A stretch of 45,713 nucleotides of DNA from Nemertoderma westbladi (GCA_032718475.1 JAUCBJ010002673.1:1-45713); one strand, 5' to 3'. Positions 1 to 10,560 are shown, counted from the stretch's first letter. The notes: a model not told the origin generated them from the sequence alone. Made by a program: numbers and translations.

Positions 1-52
1 ACGACGACGACGACAACGACGACGACGACAACGACGACGACGACGACGACAA
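1..52. repeat. (GAC/AAC)n trinucleotide microsatellite, open at window start
   Basis: acgacgacgacgacaacgacgac... directly visible. Confidence 0.95.
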
Positions 53-143
53 CTATTTGCATAAATTGACCCACCCCCTAACAGTGTCAATTCGCTAAGG
101 CTCCGCCAACTTCGTGGCTCGCCCCACAAACAGACCTTCAAGT

Positions 144-1118
144 AGACACACTTGCACCATTCTTGTTCATTATTGTGGTTGACTATGTATGTTCTACGCA
201 TGTCCTTAGATCATCATAATGATGATGGGGTGATGATAACACCATCTACTGGCTCCAGAAGTCGAGGAAATCCTGCCAAGTACCTAACTGATCTAGACTT
301 TGCTGATGACTTAGGAGTACTCTCAGAATCATTAGAGGGGCCCAACGGCTCCTCAGCTCATTAGAACATGCTGCTTCTAGTGTTGGTCTTTTTATTACCT
401 CCAGAAAGACCAAAATTTTTACAGTTAACTTTGAAAGTCCTCAGCAAGTCTCTGATCGGATGAGCATAAGCTCAAAGGATGGTATGCTTGAGCATGTGGA
501 CAACTTCTGTTACCTGGGATCATGGACCCGGAAGTCAGGAGAGAACCTTCGAATACGTAAGGGAGAGGCACGGGCAGCCTTGAATAGGCTTTCCAAGATT
601 TGGAAGTCACCGAGAATTAATCGGAAACTTAAGGTCCGATTATTTAGAGCAGCAGTAGTTCCCGTACTCCTCTACGGGAGTCCATGCTGGTCTCTAACTG
701 CTGAGGACACCAAATCTCTGGATGGCACATTCACAAGAATGCTACGCCGGGTTCATTGTGTCAAGTACAATGCACACATCTCCAACCAGACACTATATAA
801 CATTGGAGGTGTCTCATTGGTTCCCCCAAGCTTGACACTAGAACAAAATCGCCTCCACTTTGCAGGACATTGCTTTCGCCGTGAGGACCAGCCAGTGCAT
901 AATCTTGTACTTTGGCAGCCTCATGGAGTGAATAAGCATGGTGGACAGCCCATGACTTTCTTGAGACGCATCTTAAAGGACACTGGCCTTGAAGATGCGT
1001 ATGATCTAGCAAATGTCATGGGTGATAGGGAGTTGTGGCGGTGCAATTTTGTTGACAAGCCGGCACAGCATTCTTAAAAATGCAGCTGCAATGCAGCATG
1101 CCGATCCTAATAGTAGTA
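144..1118 (+). mobile_element. 5'-truncated RTE-clade LINE (copy 1; 3' half of RT, frameshifted)
   Basis: Near-identical to 32682-33662; DLDFADD RT motif, YLGS, LLYGS..W and AGHCFR RTE-type C-terminus; 3' UTR and (TAG)n tail at 1108-1117. Confidence 0.93.
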
Positions 1119-2133
1119 CAAACTGGCGTCAAAGGGCTCTCTCCTCCTTCATTCACAACTCAACCAGGCAATTACGGTGTTAGTAACTAAACCCGTGATC
1201 GGCACTAATACCAGATTCTGATTGTGAGATAAGAGAATAGGTGTTAATTTACTACCGTATGTTAGCTGATCTGGTATACAAATTTATTCTAGAAATTTGT
1301 TACTGCGGTGGTTAGCAGTAAATACCTATCAGTACGTGGCAAGGGCGCGGTAGGATGTTAGTAAACCTCCCTAAGCCAAACATGTGCCGGTAGCAGAAAG
1401 CTGCCTCTTGCCTGATCAAATATTTTGGAATCAGACAGGTCAGTCAAACTATAAGGCCTACAAAGCTAACCGGTACTGTACTGTCAGTACTGCAAATCAC
1501 CAAATTATAGAGCGTACTATTTGCACCTAAGTGTACTTGCGCGTACTGATGAACAGCAACAGCTCGCACCTGTAGGAGATACAGGTTGACCCGGTTTTTT
1601 CCTGTCTGAATCTGAGATATTTAATCCTAAATTTTACGGCCTCACGCTTTACCCTGATCTAAGGTCTTATGGCGGGCAAGGGCGTCAAACAAAGTCTTAC
1701 CTTCCTCTGATGTGGGCGCTTTCAGGCAATTGGACATACTTTCGAATGGGCGTGGGCGAAGATAATGTGGGCTCTTAATGCGTCGTGGACATCCTTTCTC
1801 TTGCATTGCTGAAGCCTAACGGTCTAGGCAGCCATTCTCCGAAGCGTTTGGCTGTCCCAAGATAGATACGTTAGAACTACATGACTACATAAGAGTTTGC
1901 AGTATATTTAACGTAATTACAAAGACTTATCAAACTTTGACTTTAATAATAACAAAAGGAACTAAACTAAAGTAAGAGAGATAAGTAAAGAGTTGCAAGA
2001 ACCAAGTTAAACAAGTTAGTGATAACTACAGTAGTAACAGTCAAGTAATGTATTGTTTAACATTCAGTATGTAGTAGTACCGGTAGTCCCTACTTCCAAT
2101 TTATTAGTAGGCCAGTATAATTAGTAAATTTGT

Positions 2134-2554
2134 TAGATAGATAGATTTATTTATACATTATGTAAAAACAATAACAAATACACCAAACAATGTACCGGTA
2201 TAAAGGTATTGTCCAACATAACATATAGGATTACCCCTAAAGCTTTGCAGCTTATTTCCAAGGGGGTCCTTTATGTTACTTGGTTACAAATACAATATTA
2301 CACTACGCTAACCTAAAACCAATATAAAACGTAATTACACTTTGTACATGTACAACTTTACCGAGAGCGTGACAATGTCCGACTCAACGATAAAGATGTA
2401 ATGTACAGAACAATTTAATATAAAACGTAATTACAGTATAAATAGTAAATAATTAATAAACTAATAACTTACTGTATGACTATTGTACCTATTTTTACAT
2501 TGCACACGGAGGTGAGATTTAACTGCAGATTTAAAAGAATGTGGATTATCTAGG
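2134..2554 (-). mobile_element. 3' end of a CR1/L2-group LINE, split by E1 (remainder at ~14102-14120)
   Basis: Joining the flanks of E1 gives minus-strand TNEIKNLDNPHSFKSAVKSHL, typical of a CR1/L2 ORF2 C-terminus; 3' UTR stem-loop ggacccccttggaaataagc...ggggtaatcc; AATAAA followed by a (TCTA)3 tail. Confidence 0.7.
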
Positions 2555-3749
2555 TGTAAAAGCTTTTGTGGGATAACTGATACGTTTGCCTTTGCTGGCC
2601 AGTTCCCCCCCAGTCGCTAGAATACTCTCAAAGGGATTTATAACTAAAATAGTGCAAGCTACCAGCTTATTGGCTGATGTGCTGTACGGAGATATCTGGG
2701 CTCAGTTTAATCGGCCAACTAGCTTAGAGAGGTTGCCTTAGCCTTGCTGTTCATGTCGGCCAATAGAATTTGCGTAGGCGTTGATTTCGACCTATCCCAG
2801 CGCTACTGAACTGAATTTCCTATCTCTATGCTCATCCTCTGTGTTGAACGGGGCTTCGTGGAATAAGGGTTTTTGGTATACTCGTATAGTGGTAGTAGTC
2901 ATATGATTTTATATGATTCTGTTGTTATGTTCCCATTTTTCGCCATAACACCGGCTTTTGGAACAACTCTAGTAAAACTGCTTAGATTATAGAAAGTATA
3001 ACTGTTACCGGCGGTGTTACCTCACTTAATTTAACTGCACTAATCATATTGTTTGTACTGCTATTTACCGTCAGTTATTAATTGTATCTATTTGTTGATG
3101 GAAATATTGCTCTTTGGAGAATACGGATAAATCACCCAAAATTCCCAATTTTCTTGATACACTACAGGTTAGAGAGGCGGGCTATATATAACAATTGCGA
3201 TTTATATCAATGTGGTGTGTATTGAATCTAATGTTATTTAGTAGACACTACCTGAGTCAATTGCTGTTCTCTTTATGTGTGATCAAATATACTGACGGTC
3301 GGCAGAATAGTGTGCATGATTGTGAGTGTGATGTGACTGGTAACAAAGCATTTCCTAAAGAATGCGACTTATACTTTAATCATAAGCCTTATCGTTGCGT
3401 TTAGTATAAGTCCTAGCTCTGTTTAAATAGATAGAGCGCCACGTCCTAAAGGAACTGTTAATATTTCCCGAAAGTTAATAATATCTGTCAGAAATTACAT
3501 ATTAGCGATCAATCGAATAATACAGTAGGCTTACACTGCAACCTTACACTGCAATAATAAAATCTAAGCATCCGAATTCAGCCTCCCGGGTGTAGATCCA
3601 TCGGGTGAATGATCGCGCATGGGCTGGCTTCGGCTAATGTTTTGTTTATTAGCATAAAATATTGTCGTATGCTAAAGGTGTGTTAATTAACTAAAAGACA
3701 TATAAATTTTGGCAGGTTAAACTGCTAAAGGTCTTCAAAAGCGCGAACA
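2555..3749 (+). repeat. E1 5' LTR
   Basis: TGTAAAAGC...GCGCGAACA; no difference seen from 12902-14096 (offset 10347, identical 69-aa ORFs in the track). Confidence 0.96.
2998..3008 (+). promoter_or_regulatory. Anti-PBS motif inside the LTR (candidate self-primer; also at 13345-13355)
   Basis: ATAACTGTTAC is the exact reverse complement of 3750-3760. Confidence 0.7.
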
Positions 3750-3760
3750 GTAACAGTTAT
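3750..3760 (+). promoter_or_regulatory. Non-tRNA primer-binding site candidate of E1
   Basis: GTAACAGTTAT abuts the LTR end, lacks TGG, and is complementary to the LTR-internal motif. Confidence 0.7.
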
Positions 3761-4013
3761 TAATCTTATTGCAGTAGGCAATAAGGTTGCAAAATACCGT
3801 AGTAACCGGTATTTCTGTAGGTCTGTAGGCCCAACTGTCCTAACCGGTACTGCTGTATAAGTACATTAGTATTATTCGATCTTGATTATTGTATACCGGT
3901 AGGTCTCGATATTAAATCGGGGACGCCTGGTTTTTATTGGGATTTTACTTAGGTCTATTTCTGTCAGTTTTATTTACTAGTAGGCTAATATTGAGCAGAA
4001 GGCGTGTGACCCG

Positions 4014-4605
4014 GCTCAGATTGTTCAGATAATTGTAGGCTGAGCTGCTGTCTGGCTGTTGTTGAGTTTGGAGAGATTACGGTGTGTGTAGAGTTGGTCT
4101 GATAAAGTGCCGTTAGTAAGTTGGGGCAGCCATATGCTGAAGGTCAATCCCCTCTTAAAGAATAAGTCGTACTACCGTGTTAGAACGCATACTAACTAAC
4201 AGTTTCAGAGTCTGCATATACTGTAGTTTATTTAGGCTTGATCGTAGTCTGCCAGTGTTTTAGCCTGTGTTTGTTTGTGTGGTCTGTTCAGGTACCGTAA
4301 TAGTTATTACTCAGATATTTTGTAGGCTGGATTGTTGTCTAACTATTCTTAGGCCTGAAGGGATTGCTGCGTGTGTAGAGTTGGTCTGATAAAGTGCCGT
4401 TAGTAAGTTGGGGCAGCCATATGCGGTAAGGTCAATCCCCTCTTAAAGAGTAAGTCGTACTACCGTGTTAGAACGCATACTAACTAACAGTTTCAGAATC
4501 TGCACATACTGTAGTTTGTTTAGGCTTGATAGTAGTCTGCCAGCGTTTGGTTTGTATTTTGTTTGAGTATTCTGTACGGGTAGCGTAATATTTATTATTC
4601 AGAGT
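4014..4605 (+). repeat. ~290-bp tandem duplication in the E1 leader
   Basis: gtgtgtagagttggtctgataaagtgccg...gtagtctgccag at ~4084-4255 and ~4371-4543. Confidence 0.9.
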
Positions 4606-5551
4606 TTATGCGATTATTCGCAACATTCATGTCCCCAAGTTTATTCCTACAGTAATTGTGCTTGTTATACATACCGTTATAGTTAAACTAACCCCGGTAC
4701 TACATCAGGGCTGCTCGGCGTAGGTAGACTTTTGTGCTTCGGTCACTCCAGCAGATGCCGTGGTTCTTTTAACTGTTCAAGTATATTTAACTACTGATTA
4801 TTTGTTATACCAGTACTTGTACCTAATTTAGGGTTTAGTGTACAGTGCTTTCCGAAGTAATTAGTGTGTAGGCAGTATATTTGTGTTGTAAAGTGGTTAA
4901 TAGGCACGCTGGATCTGGTAGTCCGCGGTAATTAACTTCTAGGTAGGAACAATCCGTGATACATAACGTAGTACCTATAGCGATACGGTTATAGGTCGTC
5001 AGGCGGTGGTATTTTCCTATCTGGACAACGCAGTGTATTTACTACTACTTATTATTTTCAAATACCGTAGTACCCTGTCCATTGTAATAACCAGAATTCT
5101 AACCCTTTGTTAGGCTGGTTTGTAGACTTCCTGTAAAATTACCCTAAAAATTCGTACGTAATATTTTGTTGTTGTGTTTAATTAGAGATTTAATCTCACT
5201 CGTATCGTAAGTAATTTGTAGATAAGTAACTTAGGCCAGTAGAATTATCTGTTTTAGTGTCTCAATAAGTAACACTTCACTGAGAGCGCACAGCTTCTGT
5301 GTAGTGACTCCCCCAGAAATAATAACATTTATTTCAAATATTGACAAAAACCCATTTTAAACGGGTATATAAATATTATAAATCAACTCAAACGATTTAT
5401 AAATAGTAGGCCTGCCATACAACAACTAGGTCTCAATATCAGTTGGACTACTGCTTAAATAACGGTAATAAAGTAAGTTAAAGTAACCAAGTAACCCTAA
5501 AATATTCAGAAATTCAATTATTCTAAAATAATTGACATACCAGTATTTACC

Positions 5552-5785
5552 ATAGGCTTATTATATTTATTTCTATAAATTTGAGCTGAAATCATACCGG
5601 TACTCTGTAATTAATTCTAGTCCATAATTATACTTATATATACTATCAGTGTAAGCTGTATACCGGTATTCACGATAGGCCTATTATATATTTATATATA
5701 TTTGTGCTAAAATTATATACCGGTACTCTGTGACAAACCTAGTTTACAATACTTATATATACTATAAGTGTATACCGGTATTCTA
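5552..5785 (+). repeat. ~125-bp AT-rich tandem duplication before gag (also in E2 at ~17940-18180)
   Basis: ataggc.tattatat...ataccggtactctgt...tacttatatatactat.agtgta...taccggtattc occurs twice. Confidence 0.75.
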
Positions 5786-5888
5786 ATATATTGTAATTAA
5801 TTACCGGTACTAGGCTAACAGTGATACTGAATTACTAGACTTGCTTTGACTGTAATATAGCAGTAGGCATTCAACTGTACAATCAAAC

Positions 5889-8800
5889 ATGTCTGACACA
5901 AAACGGGCACTGTCAGATAGTTCGGATCCCCTTCTCATCCTTCCTGTAGCCGTACTCAAAAGGGTATTGATTGCGGTGGAGGAGCACCAGATGGATTGGG
6001 CGAAAAGTGAGCGATCGACCAAGGATAGTTATGCGGGATACACGAAGGAGGAACTGAAGTCTATTGTCGAGACGCAATGGAATTTCCCCGGACCCGGACT
6101 CCCGTTTAACTTATCGAAAGCTGGCTGGGAGGACTTATACAGGATGGGAGTGGTATGGAACACTAGGGATTCGGCTATGTGGAAGGGGTCGGTAGCAGAA
6201 TATGCACAGAGATTCTTCAGCTCTCTGCGGCGATTGGAGGAGCAGCTGTTTCAGCGGCCTTACGGACCTCGGGAGCAGGAAGAGCTGCTTTATCAAGTTC
6301 GCGAACGAGTTCTGTGGATCAGACTAATTCTTTCAGCCTATGAGAAAGTCTCAAGGATAAGCCAAGATACGTCGTTGCGGGTCGCCGTAAAGACTTTGTT
6401 CTGGCGTGTGAGTCTTAAAGTCCAAGCAACGACTCAATGGAAAGCTCTGCTAACCGAGCACATGACCCAAGGAGAATCAACAGACGCCGTCTTTTCTCAA
6501 GTGGAAGGCGAAGCGACGGCAGAGAAACCTCAGAAGAAGGACGCAAGCGTTACGTCACCTGATGAAGGCGATACCACTGATCCTGAAGGCGGAGGAAATA
6601 GATCTCGTTCCAACAGACGTAGAAGAATGCCTCACCGTCAGAAATTGCCTAATCTGCCCCCAGCTGGGAGAAGGCAACTAGCTAGCACAGACTTAGGTAG
6701 TACAGAACCCACAGACCAAATTATTACAGTAGAAAGACTCCCTACTGTAGTAGATGAGCCTGAAATAATTAGGCCTGTTCTTGAAATCACCCCTTCGGTG
6801 ATAGAGACACCTGTGCTCCCAGAAACTGCCTATAAATTCCCTTTGTACAGTACTAAACTACCTGTGCCCAGTAGGACTGTTCCCGAGTCCGAACCCGTCC
6901 TGGACGCCGAGCGAGAGATCAAGAATTTATCGCCCGTCGTCTCTCGCTCGCCCGCTACTACGTTGGCGACTCCCGCTTCGGCGGTTGAGTGGGTAGCTGA
7001 GGGACGACGGGAGATGGGTCTCCTGCTCGAGCAGCTGAGGGAACACTGTTTGTGCTCCTCTCAGCAAGTCCGGGAAATGGAAGAGACTGTTCAGCAGCTC
7101 AAGGGAACAGTAAGGGAAAGTAGGTTAGAGTTGCAAAAAGTGCAGCAAAGTATCGCACTAGAATGCGACAAATTAGTCAACCTACAAAAGGGAATACCAA
7201 TAACCCCTGTAACAGTGTGTCAGCCTGTTAGGTCTGAAGTATTACATGCGCAAGGTGTGGAGCCTACACGCATCTATACTGCTAGTGAAGTAGAAACTCC
7301 TATAGCAAACCCTATTAAGGGTGATTATACGCCTGTTGTTAATGACATTCCCAATAGACCTGATAATAATCCGAGAAATTTATATACCGATAACTCGATA
7401 TTCAATAACACGATGGCCCAAGAAAGTTTTACGCGTCAAATGGCTAGAACCGAAGCCCGTCAAGCGGTAAAGGTTGGAGAGATAGTCAAGTTCAATGGAG
7501 ATGAGATGAAATGGTTACCTTTTAATGAATATTATAAAGATAACATACAGAACTCTGTGTTATCCAACGGAGAGAAACTTAGATTCCTCATCGAGTGCTT
7601 GGAAGGACCTCCCAAGTCAATGGCGTTAAAATTTATTGGACATCCAGATGGATTAAGACAAGTTTGGGATACACTAAACATCAGGTATGGTAATAGGAAT
7701 AACATAGCTAGGTATTTATATGCGAAATTAATGGCCCCCCGAAAGTTTCTTAGCAGCGGGATTATAGAGTTTTCCGATGAGATTCAGGAGATCTGTAGAC
7801 AACTAGATTGGTTAGGTAAGTCTCATGAATACCAGAATTCTATGGTTGTAGGAGCCTTAGCATCTACTTTGCCCAAGGGTGGAGTAGGTACACGCTGGGA
7901 CAAGAAGGTGTTATATACGATGGAACAACAACAACGAGACCCTACCATGGCTGATCTCGTGTCATTCTTGGATGGCGAGGTGAAATTACAACTCCTAAAG
8001 CAATCCAGAGAGAAAACACCGGAAAATAAGGTAAGTGAGAAACCCGTTTCTAGGAGAAGAGTAACACCGGTGTGTTATACTGATGACGGCGAAAGCCAAG
8101 CTTCTCAAGAAGAAGACAGCGGGAAAGACACCGAGAAATTTTACTATGTTAACAAGACCTCAAAGGACGTAAGTAAATCTAAAGCTCGAACCCATGACAG
8201 GAGAGAACAGGTTGCTAAGACTCCTCTTCAGTTTCCTAACAGAGTACACGGAAGAAAGCCCGAAGAAAGAACTAGAGTGCATAACGTCACCCAAAATAAG
8301 GTGAGTAACATTAAACCCAACTGTGCGCTGTGCGACGGGCCCCACCGTTTGAGTGCGTGTGCGGAATTCCTAAAGAAATCCCTTGTAGACAGACGTACAG
8401 TTGTGTGGGACAAGCGGTTATGCTATAATTGCCTCAGACGCGGACACCAGCGGCGAACCTGTTACTCCGACATAAAGTGTGCAAAGTGCGGTGCGAAACA
8501 TCACATCTTGTTACAAAGTGAATTCGAACGAAACAGCCCGAGTCAGGTAAGTGAGCCCAAATCACATGTCCAATTCAGTGATGTGAACGACACTGACCAA
8601 AGTTCTGAGTGGGAAGGATTCTATACGGACGAATTCTCCGACGCCAACGAATCCTGTTACCTAATAAATACCGCAGTGTATCGAGCACTTACTTACGAAA
8701 AGGACACCGACAATGAGTTCTCCCCAACTAACTTTGACAGACAACCATCCTGGAAACCTTCAACTTCCAACGTAGGAATCAGAGAATTTCCTGTAGTGCA

Positions 8801-9755
8801 GGTAAGAGTTCAGGGTCCTAACAAAAGTTACATAGTGAATGCCCTCCTTGACTCCGGCAGTACAGGAACATTCATCGATCAAGAACTAGCCGAAGACATC
8901 TTTGCTGGACAACCCAAATTCCGAACTAAGTTAAATATGTCAGGAGTTATACAGGTTTGGAAATCTACCATAACGGCAGATTACTATGTAGGTGCGTTGT
9001 CCACCCCACAGGATAAATTAGGAGAACAAAGTATAAGGTCAGTAAAAATGGTAGCTATAAAGAACTTCGCTAATACCCAAGTAGAGCCTTATAACTGGAA
9101 CGAGGACAAGAGCATCCAACAACTTAAAATACCTCGATTCCAGACGGATTATCCTGGAGTGCAAATACTTATCGGCCAAAACGCGCACGAGGCGCTCGAG
9201 ACATTGGAAAAACGACCTGCTCAACCGCAGCCACTACAAACCTATGCGGTAAGAACTAGAGTAGGTTGGTACTTTACTGGCCCTTCCCGCAGAACTCTCG
9301 AAGAGAGACTACCACCAGAAAGAATATGCCAGATAAATGGTTGGGAAGTGGAGAGCAGTGAAGTGGACGAACTAACTGAGGGAACACCATACTCCTCAGA
9401 TAATGACGATATTAACTCCAATGAAGATCAATGGAGACATCGCCCCGAGATGATTAATCTAGCCGACATCGCTTCCAGAGGAGCGACTCCTCAAGAACGG
9501 ATAGATACTCCCGGCTGGTTAGGTGGACCCGACTCCCTAAGTAAAGAAGAAGATGAATGGCCTCCCCACCTTAACCCGGCTGAGATTAGACAGGCCAAGG
9601 GAGCGGAGAAAGTAACACGACAACCCAATCACCCAGCTGGTCGTTTATGTTTACTGGAAAGAGACCAAAAACTGTCCGGAAACTATGGAAGGCAAGATAC
9701 TCTTCCTACGACCACTTCCCTAATCCGACAAATATCTAGGGACTCCATAACATAA
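5889..9755 (+). CDS. gag-pro: BEL/Pao Gag-protease polyprotein (1288 aa) with a short RNase H remnant; no RT or integrase
   Basis: KFNGDEMKWLPF...LSNGEKLRFLIECLEG (DUF1759-type); three Zn knuckles CALCDGPHRLSAC, CYNCLRRGHQRRTC, CAKCGAKHHILL; protease ALLDSGSTGTFI, ILIG, RTRVGW; remnant WRH...NLADIASRG...WLGGP...WP. Confidence 0.92.
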   Translation: MSDTKRALSDSSDPLLILPVAVLKRVLIAVEEHQMDWAKSERSTKDSYAGYTKEELKSIVETQWNFPGPGLPFNLSKAGWEDLYRMGVVWNTRDSAMWKGSVAEYAQRFFSSLRRLEEQLFQRPYGPREQEELLYQVRERVLWIRLILSAYEKVSRISQDTSLRVAVKTLFWRVSLKVQATTQWKALLTEHMTQGESTDAVFSQVEGEATAEKPQKKDASVTSPDEGDTTDPEGGGNRSRSNRRRRMPHRQKLPNLPPAGRRQLASTDLGSTEPTDQIITVERLPTVVDEPEIIRPVLEITPSVIETPVLPETAYKFPLYSTKLPVPSRTVPESEPVLDAEREIKNLSPVVSRSPATTLATPASAVEWVAEGRREMGLLLEQLREHCLCSSQQVREMEETVQQLKGTVRESRLELQKVQQSIALECDKLVNLQKGIPITPVTVCQPVRSEVLHAQGVEPTRIYTASEVETPIANPIKGDYTPVVNDIPNRPDNNPRNLYTDNSIFNNTMAQESFTRQMARTEARQAVKVGEIVKFNGDEMKWLPFNEYYKDNIQNSVLSNGEKLRFLIECLEGPPKSMALKFIGHPDGLRQVWDTLNIRYGNRNNIARYLYAKLMAPRKFLSSGIIEFSDEIQEICRQLDWLGKSHEYQNSMVVGALASTLPKGGVGTRWDKKVLYTMEQQQRDPTMADLVSFLDGEVKLQLLKQSREKTPENKVSEKPVSRRRVTPVCYTDDGESQASQEEDSGKDTEKFYYVNKTSKDVSKSKARTHDRREQVAKTPLQFPNRVHGRKPEERTRVHNVTQNKVSNIKPNCALCDGPHRLSACAEFLKKSLVDRRTVVWDKRLCYNCLRRGHQRRTCYSDIKCAKCGAKHHILLQSEFERNSPSQVSEPKSHVQFSDVNDTDQSSEWEGFYTDEFSDANESCYLINTAVYRALTYEKDTDNEFSPTNFDRQPSWKPSTSNVGIREFPVVQVRVQGPNKSYIVNALLDSGSTGTFIDQELAEDIFAGQPKFRTKLNMSGVIQVWKSTITADYYVGALSTPQDKLGEQSIRSVKMVAIKNFANTQVEPYNWNEDKSIQQLKIPRFQTDYPGVQILIGQNAHEALETLEKRPAQPQPLQTYAVRTRVGWYFTGPSRRTLEERLPPERICQINGWEVESSEVDELTEGTPYSSDNDDINSNEDQWRHRPEMINLADIASRGATPQERIDTPGWLGGPDSLSKEEDEWPPHLNPAEIRQAKGAEKVTRQPNHPAGRLCLLERDQKLSGNYGRQDTLPTTTSLIRQISRDSIT

Positions 9756-10300
9756 TAACATATGGAGTGGGTGTGTGACTATATCATTTATATTTGTTTT
9801 TTATTTTATATTTATGTATGTATTATTACGTAATTTTATTATAATCGTTTTCTTTAATTTTATTTAGTAGAATGTTATTTTAGAATATTTAGTAGATTAG
9901 TGCAATATATTAGCGTTTATTACGTACTTAATTACTTATAATATATATTTAGTGCGACGGCAAGAAGTAATTATTTTCTCTTTCCTTACTGTCCGTATTA
10001 TATTATAAATGCGAGACTATAGTAAGATGACATGTCAGTACTTCTTAAAGTACAATAAAGCCACTACTATATTTAAGTATTATTGGTAGGCAGAGTATTA
10101 GGAATGCAAAGTTCAGATCCTCGTGTCTCGGCTAAACCAAGCTCTGGGTAGACCTTGGAAACGACTTGCCTCTTCACACTGACATTGCTTCGTGCGATAT
10201 TGCTCTTCTACCTTATAACAAATAATACATATAGTAGCGTGATGTCCCTCTAACAGTAGCGTAAATCGCAAATAAATCTGTTAAACTTTTGACCATCTGT

Positions 10301-10560
10301 AATTCTAGTCGATTAAGATATCGTGGCACCCACCGATATACTTGAAAGACAAATTCTAGAATCAGTGGTTAACGTCCCCAGACAAGTTCTGGAATAAATC
10401 GGTGCCCATCCTAAATATTAATTTAATATTTATTAAAATCTGTAAAATTCAGATCCGTTAACAATTCTAGTCGATTAAGATATCGTAGCACTTACCGATA
10501 CTCTTAAAAGACAAATTTCATAGAATTAAGGATCCTATGTCCCCAGACCTGCTCTGGAAT
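10301..10560 (+). repeat. Duplicated stem-loop unit in the E1 internal non-coding region
   Basis: aattctagtcgattaagatatcgt.gcac..accgata...agacaaatt...tagaat plus ccaga...tctgg, starting at 10301 and 10463. Confidence 0.8.

Noticed and set aside
1694-1860. Possible minus-strand host exon ending at AG|GTAAG
   Set aside because: No recognisable peptide or partner exons; cannot be supported without transcript data
3195-3404. 69-aa ORF in both E1 LTRs
   Set aside because: TTG start, duplicated only because it lies in the LTR, and not preserved as an ORF in the E2 LTR
3575-3645. HDV-like ribozyme in the LTR (GG...GGCTAATG)
   Set aside because: Could not assign consistent P1, P2, P3 and P1.1 in both elements
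3704-3729. Sm site plus hairpin suggesting an snRNA or SL RNA
   Set aside because: The U-run is shortened in E2 and better explained as part of a stem; no other snRNA features
4190-4208. TACTAAC branch point plus TTTCAG acceptor in the leader repeats
   Set aside because: The acceptor AG is not conserved in the E2 repeats (TTTCGG)
8080-8097. CTGATGA...GAAA hammerhead-like motif in gag
   Set aside because: No room for stem II, it encodes TDDGES, and the core is not conserved in E2
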